From Euglena gracilis (Eukaryota): a stretch of DNA of 64,000 bases. The DNA lies in contig CP154954.1 in NCBI GenBank assembly GCA_039621445.1, forward strand, positions 17,452,589-17,516,588, read 5' to 3'. The notes beneath the pieces were generated by a model. The model ran no database searches. It was not told where the DNA came from and saw only the letters and a list, made by a program, of their open reading frames with translations. Positions 1 through 12,946 of this stretch are shown here, piece by piece (the first letter of the stretch is position 1; every line of letters begins with the position of its first letter). The translations under genes and the position numbers were made by a program.

Positions 1-630
1 TTTGCCTTGAGATGGTCTAAAAATGGAAAGAAATGCCAAGATTTGAGGGGAAATTTTTTTCGACCCAAACACTGGCGCTTCTTTGCCATATGAATTTGAC
101 CCAAAACATTGGCAAAAGGGGAGATTGCGCAAGTAGGAAAGAATTTCATGGCAAAAAGGGAAAAAGGGGGGAGGGGAAACATGAAATTTCTGTGGAAGAC
201 CCCCCCAAAACAGAAAATAATTGTGTCGGCCGGGCCGAGGGACAATATGGGGGGGGACAATATGGGGGGGGGGTTGGAAGGGTTCCGCCCCTTTCCTGAT
301 GGGGAGGCAAAACCTGGATGGTACCTCCTGACCACCTCCAAAGTGCCATCCTCCCCCCGTCCCCCCCCCCCGTGACCCCCCCCCCCCCCGTGACCCCCCC
401 GTGACCCGCACCACCCCCCAGCAACAAAATCACCCAAAAGTTCAATGAAAAGTTGTGTTCTTAATCTGAAAGAATTTTTTCACAAAGTGCAAAAAAAATT
501 TGGAAGGTAACTTTTTAGGGTTCCGAAAAATTTTTGAGGCAAAAAATCTTTAGGGGGGGGCAAAAAAATCTCGGGGGGGCGCCCCCCCTGCCCCCCAAGT
601 TTCTACTTCTACACCAATGCCCCCAAGCGC

Positions 631-1215
631 TTGCAAAGACCCTCAATATTCTTCAAAGTTCTTCGTTCAAGCTGGAACTGGACCGGAAGTTCGAGCTTGC
701 TCCATCAGGACAGACCCCGTTTGTTTTTGATGGTGATGGATGTCCGGGTGCATTTTTTCCAACTTGCAAAGGAGAATGCCTCTCTTTCCCCACGGGTAGA
801 AGAAATTCTGTCGAAGTTTTTAGACGCCAAGAAATTGCGCGACATTTTTCGTTTGTCTGCCAAGAGAGCTTACAAACATTTTGACACAGTAATGTCAAAG
901 GACCAATCGGCAAAGGAGGTTCGTATTTTGTGCCCGGGTAATTTAACCGACTTTGAGCATGACATCTCTCAGTATGAAATGTTGCGTCTTCCGCTGGATG
1001 ATGAACAAATTCAGGATGAATGGCGTAAGTATTGCTGCATTGAGAAATCGCATATTGCTACACCTGATTGTGTTGCAACTTTTTGGGTGAACCGACCAGG
1101 TAAATTGGCAGAATATGCAGCTTTTCTGGTTTCTTTGCCAGTGACGTCGGCCGACCTACTTGCAGAACCATTTTGTTCCTTTGTCAAGAACATCCAGAAA
1201 TGGAGCATGGCATAG
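631..1215 (+). pseudogene. hAT-family transposase C-terminal (dimerisation-domain) remnant
   Basis: Translation contains ATFWVNRPGKLAEYAAFLVSLPVTSAD, fitting the hAT C-terminal pattern FW...P.LA..A..L.S.P.TSA; the expected following ERxFS is missing and no catalytic core is visible. Confidence 0.6.
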
Positions 1216-1956
1216 CAAAACAGGTGAATCCAGACGTCCGCCGCGGTCAGACAAAACGGCATTCAATGTCACCATTGAACAGCATCATAGTGGACAGGCG
1301 ACTAATATTGTCTGGCAAAGAATTCCGGAGTTTTGTATCAATGCACCCCAACAAACTGAAAGAACGCTCAACGTAATCTCCAAGTATGTGCAATTTTGTG
1401 CAATTTTGTGCAATTTTTTTTGCACAGCAATTTTGACCCCCCTATGTGCAATCCCCCCTGTTCTGTGTCCCCGCTGTGGTGTGAGGGTTGGTTTCCCAAC
1501 CACCTCAGATGTTGCCCGCTCCGTTTCGTGTACCACCCCCCCTTTATTTGACCCCCCCCCCTAATTGAGCATTTGGGTCCGGGGAATTTTTTTTTCATGC
1601 GCCGAAGGCGCGGAAATTTTTTTTTGCCCTATTTCTAAAGAAAATTTTGACCTCCCCTTATTTGACCCCCCCCCTTATTTGAGCATTTGGGGGGTCCTTT
1701 GGCGTGTGCTCAAATAAAGGGGGGGGAGTATCTCATGCAACGACACTTATCATTTTGTGTGCGCCGACCTCCGCCGTGCTCCCAAACGTCCCTGGAGATG
1801 CCCGGGATGTTTGTGATGCGGTGTGTCCGTAGTATGTCCCACGAGGTGTTTGCTATATCGAGAACTGTGTCCCAGACGCCGGTTCGGGCGGGAAACCTGT
1901 GCCTGGGACGCCGGTTCGGGCGGTAGCCGCCCGAACCGGCGTCTGGGACACAGTTT

Positions 1957-2774
1957 TTGAAACCGTGGCTAGGGGGCTCCGGTTTCATGCCCGAACCGGC
2001 GGCTAGGGAATCACGGCCAATTTCGCCCAAAATACCCATGTTTGGGGCAGTTTGGGCAATTTTGGCCCAAATGGGCGGCCGGTCAAAAATGGCAGATTTC
2101 ATACTTATGAAGGCATGTTACCCATTAAGCGAAAGCTCTTTTAAAGGGCTTTCGACAGATGGCCACAGGATTCGGCCATAATGCACGCAGCGCTTATTTT
2201 CAGCGATCGTGTATTCCAAAATTTGACATCCTAATTTGTCAAATCCCACTGCTCAGGTTGCGTATTGCATATCAAACGAAAGCTCTCGCCAACACCTTTC
2301 GCTTGGTACCCACAGAACTCAGCCAGATTGTAAAGCGCCCTCAAAATCAGCGATCGCATTTTTCCGCATTTTTCGGATCCCATTTGCATATCTGAAATTC
2401 CACTTTTCAGCTGCCATGTTGCCCATCGATCGAAAGCTCTTCTCAAGGGCTTTCAGCAGATGGCCTTAGATTTCTGCCATGCTGCGTGGTACTCTATTTC
2501 AGAAATTCTCCAAAATTGGCCAAAGGAAAATTGTTGCTCAAAAAACCCCAATTTTTGGCCCAAGACCACCCAAAAACTGCTATAATATGAATGCCACCTG
2601 TCTACAAACCCTTTTGGACACTTTTTGGCACTTTTTATTTTGGGTCCCCCAGACGCCGTTTTCACGCCCGAACCGGCGTCTGGGACGCCGGTTCGGCGCA
2701 GAAATTTCGCACCCGAACCGGCGTCCCAGACGCCGGTTCGGGCATGAAACCGGAGCCCCCAGACACGGTTTCAA
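1957..2774. mobile_element. Non-autonomous TIR element, family X copy 1
   Basis: Ends TTGAAACCGTG...GGGGCTCCGGTTTCATGCCCGAACCGGCG and its reverse complement (...CACGGTTTCAA); palindromic CCCGAACCGGCGTC subrepeats; interior homologous to 6879-7664 and 39839-40847. Confidence 0.7.
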
Positions 2775-3014
2775 TCCGTTTGCATACGTCCTCCCCCATT
2801 CATCTCCCATTGTCGTTGGCGACTCTTGGAGACACTCAACAATCATCTGGTGTGACTGCTCTTGTGATCTTTTTGTCCGTTTTACTCTGGGTAGTGAACA
2901 CAGTTTTTTGGCAGATAAACGTGTTCAGTCCACGCGTACAATGTCAATAAACGTGATAGGAGCACGATTTTTTGTTTATGAAAACGTGTTCAGTTCACGT
3001 GTACAGTGTCAATA

Positions 3015-3182
3015 CCATGCCCCCCCATATGAGACCTCCCATGTAAGACCCGCCCCCTGGCCGGCCGAAGGCCGGCCCTTTGGCTGGGACCGACCCCCCC
3101 CCCCCATATAAGACCGCCCCCCCATATAAGACCCCCCCTAGGATTTTGGCTCCCGAGGGGGGTCTTATGGGGGGGGGCATGG
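3015..3182. mobile_element. MITE with CCATGCCCCCCC TIRs and TA target duplication (Tc1/mariner-like)
   Basis: TA|CCATGCCCCCCC...GGGGGGGCATGG|TA; the nearby uninterrupted paralogue GTCAATAAACGTG (~2943) shows the empty site, supporting a TA TSD. Confidence 0.8.
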
Positions 3183-4629
3183 TAAACGTGTTCAGTCCAC
3201 GTTTATCGTCGCTGTACACGTGCACTGAACATGGTTTTTCACGACGCTGTACATCGTGGACCGTGTTGGGCCCAGAAAATAGGTTTAATGGTTGCCAAAT
3301 CACCCCTCAATTGAAAGTTCCTCGCATCAGACGACCAGCGATGACAAATGTATCTGGCCAAACTGTACAGAATGCTCATTCTGAACTTCCAGAAAATGAA
3401 ATGGGGTATCCTAAGTTCAGCCAGTTGTGATCATCTGACCGCAAAATTTAACCCTTGTCTGGTCCAAAACGCTTCCTGAACCCCATAACCAAAAATGTCG
3501 AAAAAAAAAGTGGAAATCCAAAATGTCCAAAAAAATTCACCAAAAATTCTGAATCTGACCAGCAACATATTTCAATGGAATGGAAAGCGACTGCCCTAAA
3601 CGGGCGCCTGAATGGAAATTGAACTGACTGACCTAAACAGGCGCCTGAATGGAAATCGACTGACCTAAATAAATTCAGCCTGAATTCCGTTTAAGTCAGT
3701 AGAAATTCAAGACAGGTGTCGGGCCCAGAAAATAGGTTTTAATGAAATTCCCCCTTTGTTTTTTTGATGTTTTTCAAACTGTTTTTTTTCCCCTTCAAAA
3801 AGCACGTTGTTTTTTTGAAAACAAAAAAATGCTCACTGTGGCTACTATGGCTGACTCTGTCCCCCTGGACGATGGCCTTGTTCGTACCCCCCCCCCTTTT
3901 CATTGCCCCCCCCCCCTTAATTAAGCATTTGGGTTTGGGAAGGAAAATGTTGCACATTTTTGGATCCCCCGCAATTGATATCACCCACATGTCTGCACAG
4001 ATGTTTTTCTTCAAAAAATGTCTTCCGCTCCGCAGATGACCCACACAATCCAGGTTGCTAATCCTTTTTTGAATTTGAACGTTGAACTCAGGTGGGAACC
4101 AAGGGAGGTCAGGTGGGGGGTCCAGACCTGCCCTGGTGAAGTTCATCAATGAAAGTTCACTGGGGATTGGGGGGGCACCCTTGGTTGGTGAACTTCACCG
4201 GTTCACCATTTTGACTGTCCGGAGATATTTTTTGATGCCTGAGAATTTTTGCTGTTTTCCCGACATAAATTACCTTTTCTCAAAATTTCTGAAGAGTTGC
4301 AAAAATGACATTTTCCCCCATTTTGGTCAAATTGCTTTGGTGGTGAACTTCACGGGTGAAGTTTGCCATTACATTGGGCAGAGGGGGGGGAGGGGGTCTA
4401 GTGAAGTTTCAAACGGTGAAGTCCACCATGAGGTTGGGGAGGGTCCAAAATGACCAAAGTCTGATCTCCAATGAATGCTGCTGGGGGGGACATGGGGGTC
4501 CATTTTTTGCCACAAAGGAAGTGGAAGGAGGGGTACACCCCAGAGATGGTGTGCATTCGCAATTTCATACCCAACCCAAAATTGTCTACCTCATGTCAAA
4601 ATTGTTGCTTGTGACACAAAAAATGCCAA

Positions 4630-5700
4630 AAACAGGGGGAATTTTTTTTTTGCATTTTTGTGCATTTTTTTTTTAATTTTTTTCCGGTGCATTTTTGCTT
4701 TTTGGGACATTGTTTTTTTTAGGTTAAAATTTTTTCGCATTTTTCAACCAGGTTTTTTGCAATTTTTGAATTTTTGAAACTGAGTTTTTTCCTCATGCAA
4801 TTATTGTGAATTTGGTGCCATTTTGCATTGGGGGGGGGGCAATTATTTGCATTTGTGTGATTTTTTTGCGCATTTTCTCTCAAAATTGGTTTTTTTCATC
4901 GTCATTTTTCTTGTGGGGGATTGTTTCGTTTCATTTTTTTCTTCTTCAAACAGGTTTTATTTTTTTTTTTTTTTTTTTAAAATTTTTTTTCCATTTTTAT
5001 TTGGGTTTGTTCAATTTTTTTTTTTTCATCCACGGTGTTTTTTTGCAATTTGCATGTGTTTTTTTCAGTTATTTGCAAACATTTGTTTTTTTCAATTTTC
5101 TTCTTTATTTTCACATTGAATTCTCAGCAGTTTTTTGCACTTTTTTTTTTTTTCATTTTTTTTTATTTTTTTTTTTCATTTTCTTTTTTCCTTCTATGCA
5201 ATGGCTTTTTTTTCCTGTTGTTTTTTACTTTTCAATGATTTTTTTTAATCCTGTTCGACTAAGTGCTTTACGCTCGGTTAAGCATTTTACAAAATCTGAT
5301 TGCTTTTTGTAAATTTTTTTGTTTCCGGGAACTTGGCAAAGTATTTGCATCAGGGGTGCACATTAGGTTCAGGAACGGTGACGTGGGTTCAGTTTTTATT
5401 TTGTTTTTTTCAAGGCCGCATTTTTTTTTGTAATTGTTTTTTTTCATCAAATCTTTTCACAAGTTTTTTTTCGTTTGTTTTTGTTTTTTTACTCGGCAAG
5501 GGACAAAAGTGGCTTCAAGGGCTTTCGGATGGCTCTAGAGTTTTTATGAGTTTCTTGTTTTTATATCAAAGGGTTATTTGAGGAATCAATTTGTTATTTT
5601 TTTTTGCAGCTGTGGGAACTTTTTTCTTTGTTTTTCAGTTATTTTCAACTTTTTCATGCAAATGCATTTTTTTTTTTTTTACAATTTTTTCCTTTGTTTC
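4630..5700. repeat. T-rich low-complexity tract
   Basis: Dense poly-T runs; ORFs here are Phe-rich artefacts. Confidence 0.85.
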
Positions 5701-6878
5701 ATAAATCCCATGAATAGAGTCTCAGTTTGAATGGTTTCAGGCGGTGTGTGACCGCTTTTTATTTTTTTGCCATATTATCCCCTCAAAGACACCAAAATCG
5801 GTTCTCCCCCTTTCCGCCCCCCATCTCCTCTTTCCCCCCCCTCAACCCCCTATCTCTCCCCCCATCTCCACTTTCAACCCTCCCTCCCCTGCCCAATTTT
5901 GTGCCCTCTAAATTTTTGCATTTTTTTTTTTCATTTTGCCTTCTCCCCTTTTGAGCTTGATTTACCTCCTTTCTTTGTTTCCTCGTTTGCTCTTTTCCGG
6001 CGAACTCATTGCCAGTCTTTTCATCATTGAGCAAAAATGCTGATTTTTTGTAAATTTTCTTGTATTCCGGGACACTCTTGGCAAATGTATTTGAAGGTGG
6101 GCAAAAATCCAGACGCCTTTGGCAGTTTATTTTTATCAAGTATGGGCAAATTTTTTGGGTGTAAGGTGTAATAATTTTTCAAAAGCAATCAAATCCTGGT
6201 GTGCTGTTTTTGCTGTTTTTATTTTTACAATTTTCTGACAGGTGCAATAGATGAAACCGAACATGTTTACTGTAAGTCAGTTTTTTAAATGGTTGGTGCC
6301 TTTTTCTGGTGCCTCCTGATTTGGGAGGTTTTTATGCCTATTTCACCAAAAAGGTGGAGTTTTTCAAAATCGTTTGAAGTCAAAGTTATTTTCCAAAAAA
6401 AAAACATGTTTTTGCTTCCCCCCCCCCATCTGGCAAGTTGGAAATTGGAGGGGGGGACCACCACTTTCTGTCTCGCACAGGGGAGGGTCCAAGAGCCAAA
6501 GGTTTCTTTTTACAAATTTGGTGTTATTCACCATTCTTAATCCTTTTTATCTCCCGAAATGTATTCAGCTTTTTGAGAGTTTGACAACCTGCTTTTGATG
6601 TTGACGAATTTGAGGCTTTTGTGGATTATGTTGCAACTGATTTCAAGGATCCATCCATGCCTGTTGCATATGCTCAGATCTCTTCTTCAGATCTCTTATT
6701 GCAATCTTTTTCATGGTATCAACGCCAAATGACAAATAACGTTTTCTGATACGAAAACTGTGTCCAAAACGCCGGTTCGGGCGTGAAGCCGTGTTCCAGA
6801 ACGCCGGTTCAGGCGGCAGCCCGAACCGGCGTTCTGGAACACGGCTTCACGCCCGAACCAGCGTTCTGGACACAGTTG

Positions 6879-7664
6879 TTGAAACCGTGGATTAGGGGCT
6901 CTGGCTTCACGCCCGAACCGTCGTTCAAGGAATCACGGCCAATTTCGCCCTAAATACCCATTTTTCAAACATTTTGGAGCATTTTTGGGCTGGCTGACTG
7001 AAGTTTTCACAGGTCTGGTGCCATGTTACCCATCGATCGAAAGCTCTTCTCAAGGGTTTTTGACATTGATATGCTGTATGGCACCTGAGGTGTGGGATTT
7101 CACAAATTAAGATGTCAAAATTTCGAATACACGATCGCTGAAAACAAGCGCTGTGTGCATCTTGGCCGAATCCTGTGGCCATCTCGAAAGCTCTCCCCAA
7201 GACCTTTCTCTTGGTACCCTCAGAACTCAGCTACACTACAGAGCACTCTGAAAATCGGCGATCGCATTTTCCGACCCTGTTTTCAAAGTCAAAATTCCTA
7301 TGTTTCACCAGCTATGCTGCCCATCTATCGAAAGCTCTTCTCAAGGGCTTTCAGCAGATGGCCTTAGATTCCAGCTGTATTCTATTTCAAAAGAATTCCC
7401 CAAATTTGGCGAAATGGAAATTGTTGCACAAAATACCCCATATCTGGCCAAATACCCCCCCAAAACTGCCCAAATGTGATTGCCACATGTCTACTAACCA
7501 TTTTGAACACTTTTTGGCACTTTTTATTTTCGGTCCCCTGGACGCCATCTTTCCCGCCCGAACCGTCCTTCTCGACACCGGTTCGGCGCAAAAAATTCTG
7601 CGCCGAACCGGCGTTCAGAACGCCGGTTCGGGCGTGAAGCCAGAGCCCCAATACACGGTTTCAA
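6879..7664. mobile_element. Non-autonomous TIR element, family X copy 2
   Basis: TTGAAACCGTG...CACGGTTTCAA ends; shares interior motifs such as CTCTTCTCAAGGGCTTTCAGCAGATGGCCTTAGATT with 1957-2774. Confidence 0.7.
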
Positions 7665-8527
7665 GAGCTCTTTTGTGTTCAGCAGGAAATTATTCAAGAT
7701 TTCGTCGCAAAGCACCGAAAGTCAAAAATGACGTTTTAAAGGGCTTTTTTTTGTGTATTTTGGCCTCAAAAATGAAGAAAAAGGTTGAAAAAATGCATCA
7801 TTTGTGCTTTTGGGTTCGGCCTGTTCTTGGGTGCCAGCCTGGAAGCCGGGTTGGACCAGGGTTTTTTTTTTATTAGTCTTGGACCCCCTCCCCCGGGGGG
7901 AGGGGGGGTAGGGTGGTCCCTCGGACCCCCCTCCCCCCCTGTGGGGGGGGGGTAGGGTGGGGGCTAGTGGGTATATCTTTTTTCGGCGCCGAAGGCGCCG
8001 AAATTTTTTTAAAAGGTGCTATTTTTAGCATTTTTTGCCAATTTCGGGCAAAAGTGGGTGGGTCCCCCCCCGGGACCCCCCCTCCCCCGGGGGCCCCACC
8101 ACAGGGGGGTGGGTGAATGTGTGGATGCTGACCAACACGGGGCTTAAAAAAACACCTGGGAAGGCCCGCAGGCCCGAAGGACCCAGGAGTCACCCTGACT
8201 TCTCAAGCAAAGCCTTCTCCAGAAAAGAAACAGCCCACCAGGGTATTTCTCAAGGACCCCCATGGGCGCATCAGTCCATTGGCCGGCAGAAAAAGGTGCA
8301 GCAAACCCCCCAGGGCGGGTCCTGCGCCTGATCCCCACACAAATGCACAAATGCCCAAATTTCACTCATTTTTTCATAACACCCCATTTGGAACATTATC
8401 AAAGGAGGTGGGAAAATTACACCAGCTTTGCAGTTCGTTGATTAGGGATGATTGGAAGGTCAAATTTTGCGCTGGATCAGTTTTAAACGGCAGCCCGAAA
8501 CTACTGGGCCCCCCCCAGGGGACGGGG

Positions 8528-8530
<3 letters not shown>

Positions 8531-8562
<32 letters not shown>

Positions 8563-11112
8563 TGATTGGTATGGACGAGGAATTCTAGGAATGGGTGGCG
8601 GTGGGTGGGGATGGGAGGGGATGGGAGGGAGGTGGGGGGGTGCCGCAGAGGGGGGAGGCCTCGCACGGTTTTCACGCCCACCTCCAGCCGGTGCGGCCCG
8701 AACTGGAGGGCCGGAGATACCAGCTCCGGCAGGCCGGGGGTGGCACACCTGCGATGTCGCCGCCTCCGCGTCCGTGCTGGTCATGGTCTCCTTCTGCCGC
8801 CGCTGCCGCCGCCGCCCGCCGCGACGATGGCCTTGAAGGGGATCCCACGGGTTGGGATGAGAGGGGATCGGAGGGGGGCCGGCCCTTGCCTCCCTCTCTC
8901 TCTCTCTCTCCCCTCCGCGGTGGTCTCGATGTGGTTGGGGGCTCCGACTCCCCCGACAGTGGCGTTGAGCTTGACATTTTTCCTGCAGCTTCTTCAGCTC
9001 CGCGCTCAGGGCGGAGATGGTGTCCGCCATTCTCTTGATCTCCTTGTGCAGGGCAGCCCCTCGCCTGCTCTGCACCGGCGTCCATACGTCGCCTTCTTCT
9101 CTTCTGCCTCTTGCTTCATCACGGGGTTGGTTGCCCTGCGCACTCCCAGGGCGAGAGGGTCTTGTAGATCTCATGGCGCTTGAACTTTGTGATTCCCCAG
9201 GGCGGTGCCCACGGGTCGATTCCCTGTTGGGTCGCCAAGGGGCTTGGGGCCGGGGCAAATCCCGCTTCGCTTGCTCCCCTGCGGACGGGGTTGGCGGGGC
9301 ACAGGCACCACGCTGCCTGCCACCCGCCCGGACTTGGCTCGGTCTCGCTCCGGGGACGTGGCTCCCAGAGGGTTGGTGGCCCTGGGGGGGGCCGTGGGGG
9401 TGGCGCCTTGGACCGGGGTGGTCGGCCTCCCCGATCCTGGCACCTTCATGCCAGTCGTGCGTCTGGCGCTCGAGGTCCGCGGGGCGCTCGACGTTCTGGG
9501 CTGCTGCGGCTTCTTGCCATTCTTGGATGATGCTCCGCCGCTGGGGGCCGCACGAGGCCCAGACCTGGTTCTGCAGGTCCGGGTCCCATGATTCGTACAT
9601 GGCTTGTCCTCGTCCTGCTTGTCGTGGGTCCTTCAGCACCGCCTTCCACTCTTCGTACTTGGCTCGCCACTCGGCAGGCCACTCACTCAACGAAGTGAAC
9701 TTCCTCTTCTTCGTGGGGCCTTGGGAAGAGGTGTCGTCGTCGGTGGTGTCGCTGGGTGGCGGCGGGGGAGCGGTGAGGAGGAGGCGGTTGGGGGCCTCGA
9801 TGGCGGGAATGGGGAGACCTTGGAGGAGGGCCAAGGAAGACGAGGAGGAGGAGGAGGGGCCGATGGTGAGGGTGTGGAGATGCACATTCTGCACGATGGA
9901 GGGGGGTTGTGGCGGGGAGGGTGGGGGGTAGTGGGGGTTGGGTGCCCGGGCCTCCACGGGGACGGGGACGGGCATGGGGACCCGGACCTCCACGGGGACT
10001 TGCACGGGGACCGGGACGACCCGCTCGATGACCCGATCCACGAAGACAGGCTCCCGCACGGGAACGGGGACCTGCCTCTCGACGATGACGACCCGCTCCT
10101 GGAGGACCTCACGGGTGGGTGGGGGGAGGCATGGGGTTGGGGAGGCGGAGTCCGGGTTGGAGAGAGGGGGGCCTTGGGAGGCTGTGGGGGCCGTTGGGGC
10201 GCTGGGGGATTGGGAGGCGGTGCTTGGCTGCGCTGCAACCCCCTCGAGGGCGTCCGTCTCTGTCTCCATGGCCGTGGGCTGGCAACTCTCAGGCCCGCCC
10301 GGGCTCCCCGGGGGCGAGATCCTTGGCGGCGTCACCCCCGGTTCACCGCCCAGCGTAAACCCCGCTCCGGTGTGGGCCAGCCTGTCGCTTGGGGCGTCCC
10401 CCCTCGGCTCTGAGGCCGGTCCTGGCAGCACGATCACGGACCCGCCCGGGCTCCCTGGGGCTGAGATCCTTGGCGGCGTCACCCCCAGTTCACAGCCCGA
10501 CGTAAACCCCGTCACGGTGTGGGCCAGTCCGTGGCTCGGGGCGTCCCCCTCGCTGTCCTCAGGCCCGCCCGGGCTCCCCGGGGGCGAGATCCTTGGCGGC
10601 GTCACCCCCGGTTCACCGCCCAGCGTAAACCCCGCCCCGGTGTGGGCCGGCCTGGTGCTGCGGCTGTTTGGGGCGTCCCCCTCCTCTTGACTGATTGGTA
10701 GAGGCTCGCCCGGGCTCGCCGGGGGCGGGATCCTTGGCGGCATCACCCCCGGGTCCTTGCCCTTGCTGCTCACGAATTGGGCGCACCTCACCTCTGGGGC
10801 GTCCCCCTCTCTGAGCCCTGGCCAGTGGACGGATCGGGACGCTCCTCTCGGGGCCTGCTGCTTGCCGTGGCGCACGTGGGCCTCCCGGTCGATGATCATC
10901 ACATCCACGTCGGAGGCCTGGGAGGCGGAGGGGGAAGGGGGCGGCATCATCTCGGCCAGCAAGTCGTCGATGCCCCCGGGGAGGGGGGCGGGGTGGCCGA
11001 AGACGGAGAGAAAGTCGGCCTGGGAGGGGGCATGGGCCTCATCGAGGGGGAGGGCTGTGGCCCATGGGGCTGGGGGAGCGCGGTGGGGGCTGGAGTGGAG
11101 CCACTTCCACAC
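8531..11112 (-). CDS. PLE post-RT extension: Pro-rich repeats, PVPV repeat, Trp-rich helical module, 2A-like motif, coiled coil; no stop inside the element
   Basis: Part of the 912-aa open frame 8374..11112; copy B shows WKWLHSSPH is in frame with RT; blocks EWPAEWR, WDxxLQxQVWA, HDWxEGxRIGEAxxPGP and NPWxPLQ are conserved in the divergent family 2 element. Confidence 0.7.
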
Positions 11113-12943
11113 CTTGGAAAACCAGGTGCGGAGCTCACGGACGCGGATGTCGGTGGCATGCCAGCGCTGGAAGAGGAAGGAAGCGGCTCCACACCGACTG
11201 CACCAGGCGGCGAGAGTACCCCCGCCAGATGGCGTTGCGGAAGATGTTGGCCACTGACTGCTTGAAATCCCCCATGTGGCTGCAGGCCATCCGGGCGAAC
11301 TCCAGGCGGCCCATGATGACCCCGCCCAGCTGCTCGGTGGGGGCGGTGGTGGTGGCTAGGGGGTAGCGAACAATGTGGTGGGGGTACTCCTCCTCCCGGT
11401 CGTGGACGGTGGTGTGCACCACGCGGTCCCCGTTGGAATGGCATTGGATGTACACCCGGACGCCCAGGCACACCACGGACTCGCCGGAGCCGGTGGTCTT
11501 GTACTCCATGCCGTACTCGGCTGCCGAGGGGAGGGGCATGGTGGTGGGGTGGACGATGTCGTCGATGTATCGGGACACGGCGGAGGACCGGAGCTGGGGA
11601 GGGAGGGCGTACATGTGGTCGCGCTCCACGGGGTAGCAGGCCAGGTTGGCCAGCTGCGGGGCCGGGGGGAGGCCCATGGGCATGCCCCGGATCTGGCGCC
11701 GGACCCTTCCGCCATTGCAGGTGTAGTTGTTCTGCACCGCCACGGCCACCAGCTCCTTCAGGTCATCCAAGGAGTAGCCGAGGCCATCCCACGACCAGCC
11801 GCCGGTGGTGAGGGACGGTGGGGTGGCGGGGTCCACCCCAGCGGGGGTCTTGGTCTCCCGCACGAAGGCCCAGGCCTCCTTGGCCGACTCCATGGTCCGC
11901 TCGATGATGGCGTCGAAGGTGAAGGCCGTGTACATCGTCGTGAAGTCCGCCGTCTCCAAGCCCCCCGCCAGGATGTCCTTGGAGTGGGTTCGGACCATCC
12001 GGACGAAAGACTCCACGCTGTCGATTCCCCAGAACGCCTTGATGCCCTCCTGCTGTTGCCGCCGCTCGTCCTTTTCCCGGAGGGCGACCTCGATGTGCTT
12101 CAGGAGCGACACCAAAGCCTTGCTCAGGGCATAGAGGGGCTGCCGGGGGGGCTCCTTGGAGGCGGTGGGGGCGGAGGCGGGGGCGGACTCAGAGGCGGGG
12201 GCGGGGGACCCGGGGTCGGGATCGGGGTTCTTGCGGGTCCCGGCAATGAACCGGAACTTCTTCTTCGCTGGCTTCCAGATGCCGTAGTTGTAGACGACAC
12301 CGGCGCCAGTGGGGAAGTGCAACCGCTGGTTGACCTCCGACAGCCGGGCAACCACCTCCCTCCAGGTGTCGGTCACGTCCTCGAACACGGTGGAGTCCGC
12401 CAGGTAGGTGGCCATCTGCTTCTGGTACCAGCGCTTGCAAACGAACATCAGGCCGTGGGGGGCCCGGTCGTCGTGGAGGAAGACGAGGACCTGGTGGGCC
12501 TCCCGCATTTGCTGTGACAGGCCCGGGAAGCCGGTGGGGACCAGCTCTTCTCTGACGGCCGAGCACCGCCAGTTGGTGGTGCAGCGGGCCTCCACGGCGT
12601 CGGCCCACTCGCCCAGCTTCCGGAGGTAGGTGGCGTCGGTGGGGTTGCTGCGCGCTGCCCACTCGGTGTACTGGTTCAGCGCCCGGCGGAGGTCGTGGAG
12701 GACGGTGTCGGGGGGGCCCTCCAGCCGGAACTTCTTCCCCTTGGCCGCCAGGGTTTGCAGGTACGACCATCGCAGCAGCTCGGACTCGTTGCTCACCACG
12801 TGGCCCTCGTGGAAGGCTGCCGGCTCCTTCCGGCGGAGGGCTGTGTGGCACTGGCAGCCCTCGAGGTCGTCGGCCTGCGCGGCGGCCACGTCCAGCTCGC
12901 TGGAGACCTGGGCGTAGTTGCACAGCCACGCCTGCCATTGCGG
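8531..12943 (-). mobile_element. Penelope-like retroelement family 1, copy A (5'-truncated, 3' end in (GA)n)
   Basis: Near-identical reverse complement of ~24313-29235 (without the MITE found in copy B); PLE-type RT motifs; ends ...CCAATCAAGAAGAGAGA(GA)n, seen as the TC run at 8531-8558. Confidence 0.9.
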
Positions 12944-12946
12944 CAC
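11135..12946 (-). CDS. PLE reverse transcriptase domain (copy A, N-terminally truncated)
   Basis: ADFTTMY, IRGMPMGLPPAPQLANL, RYIDDI, CLGV and upstream DDRAPHG (position of the PLE DK motif); frameshift near 11180-11210 relative to copy B. Confidence 0.88.
   Translation of the reverse strand: MPQWQAWLCNYAQVSSELDVAAAQADDLEGCQCHTALRRKEPAAFHEGHVVSNESELLRWSYLQTLAAKGKKFRLEGPPDTVLHDLRRALNQYTEWAARSNPTDATYLRKLGEWADAVEARCTTNWRCSAVREELVPTGFPGLSQQMREAHQVLVFLHDDRAPHGLMFVCKRWYQKQMATYLADSTVFEDVTDTWREVVARLSEVNQRLHFPTGAGVVYNYGIWKPAKKKFRFIAGTRKNPDPDPGSPAPASESAPASAPTASKEPPRQPLYALSKALVSLLKHIEVALREKDERRQQQEGIKAFWGIDSVESFVRMVRTHSKDILAGGLETADFTTMYTAFTFDAIIERTMESAKEAWAFVRETKTPAGVDPATPPSLTTGGWSWDGLGYSLDDLKELVAVAVQNNYTCNGGRVRRQIRGMPMGLPPAPQLANLACYPVERDHMYALPPQLRSSAVSRYIDDIVHPTTMPLPSAAEYGMEYKTTGSGESVVCLGVRVYIQCHSNGDRVVHTTVHDREEEYPHHIVRYPLATTTAPTEQLGGVIMGRLEFARMACSHMGDFKQSVANIFRNAIWRGYSRRLVQSVWSRFLPLPALACHRHPRP

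Noticed and set aside
4475-5581. Phe-rich membrane-protein-like ORFs
   Set aside because: Translations of poly-T low-complexity DNA.
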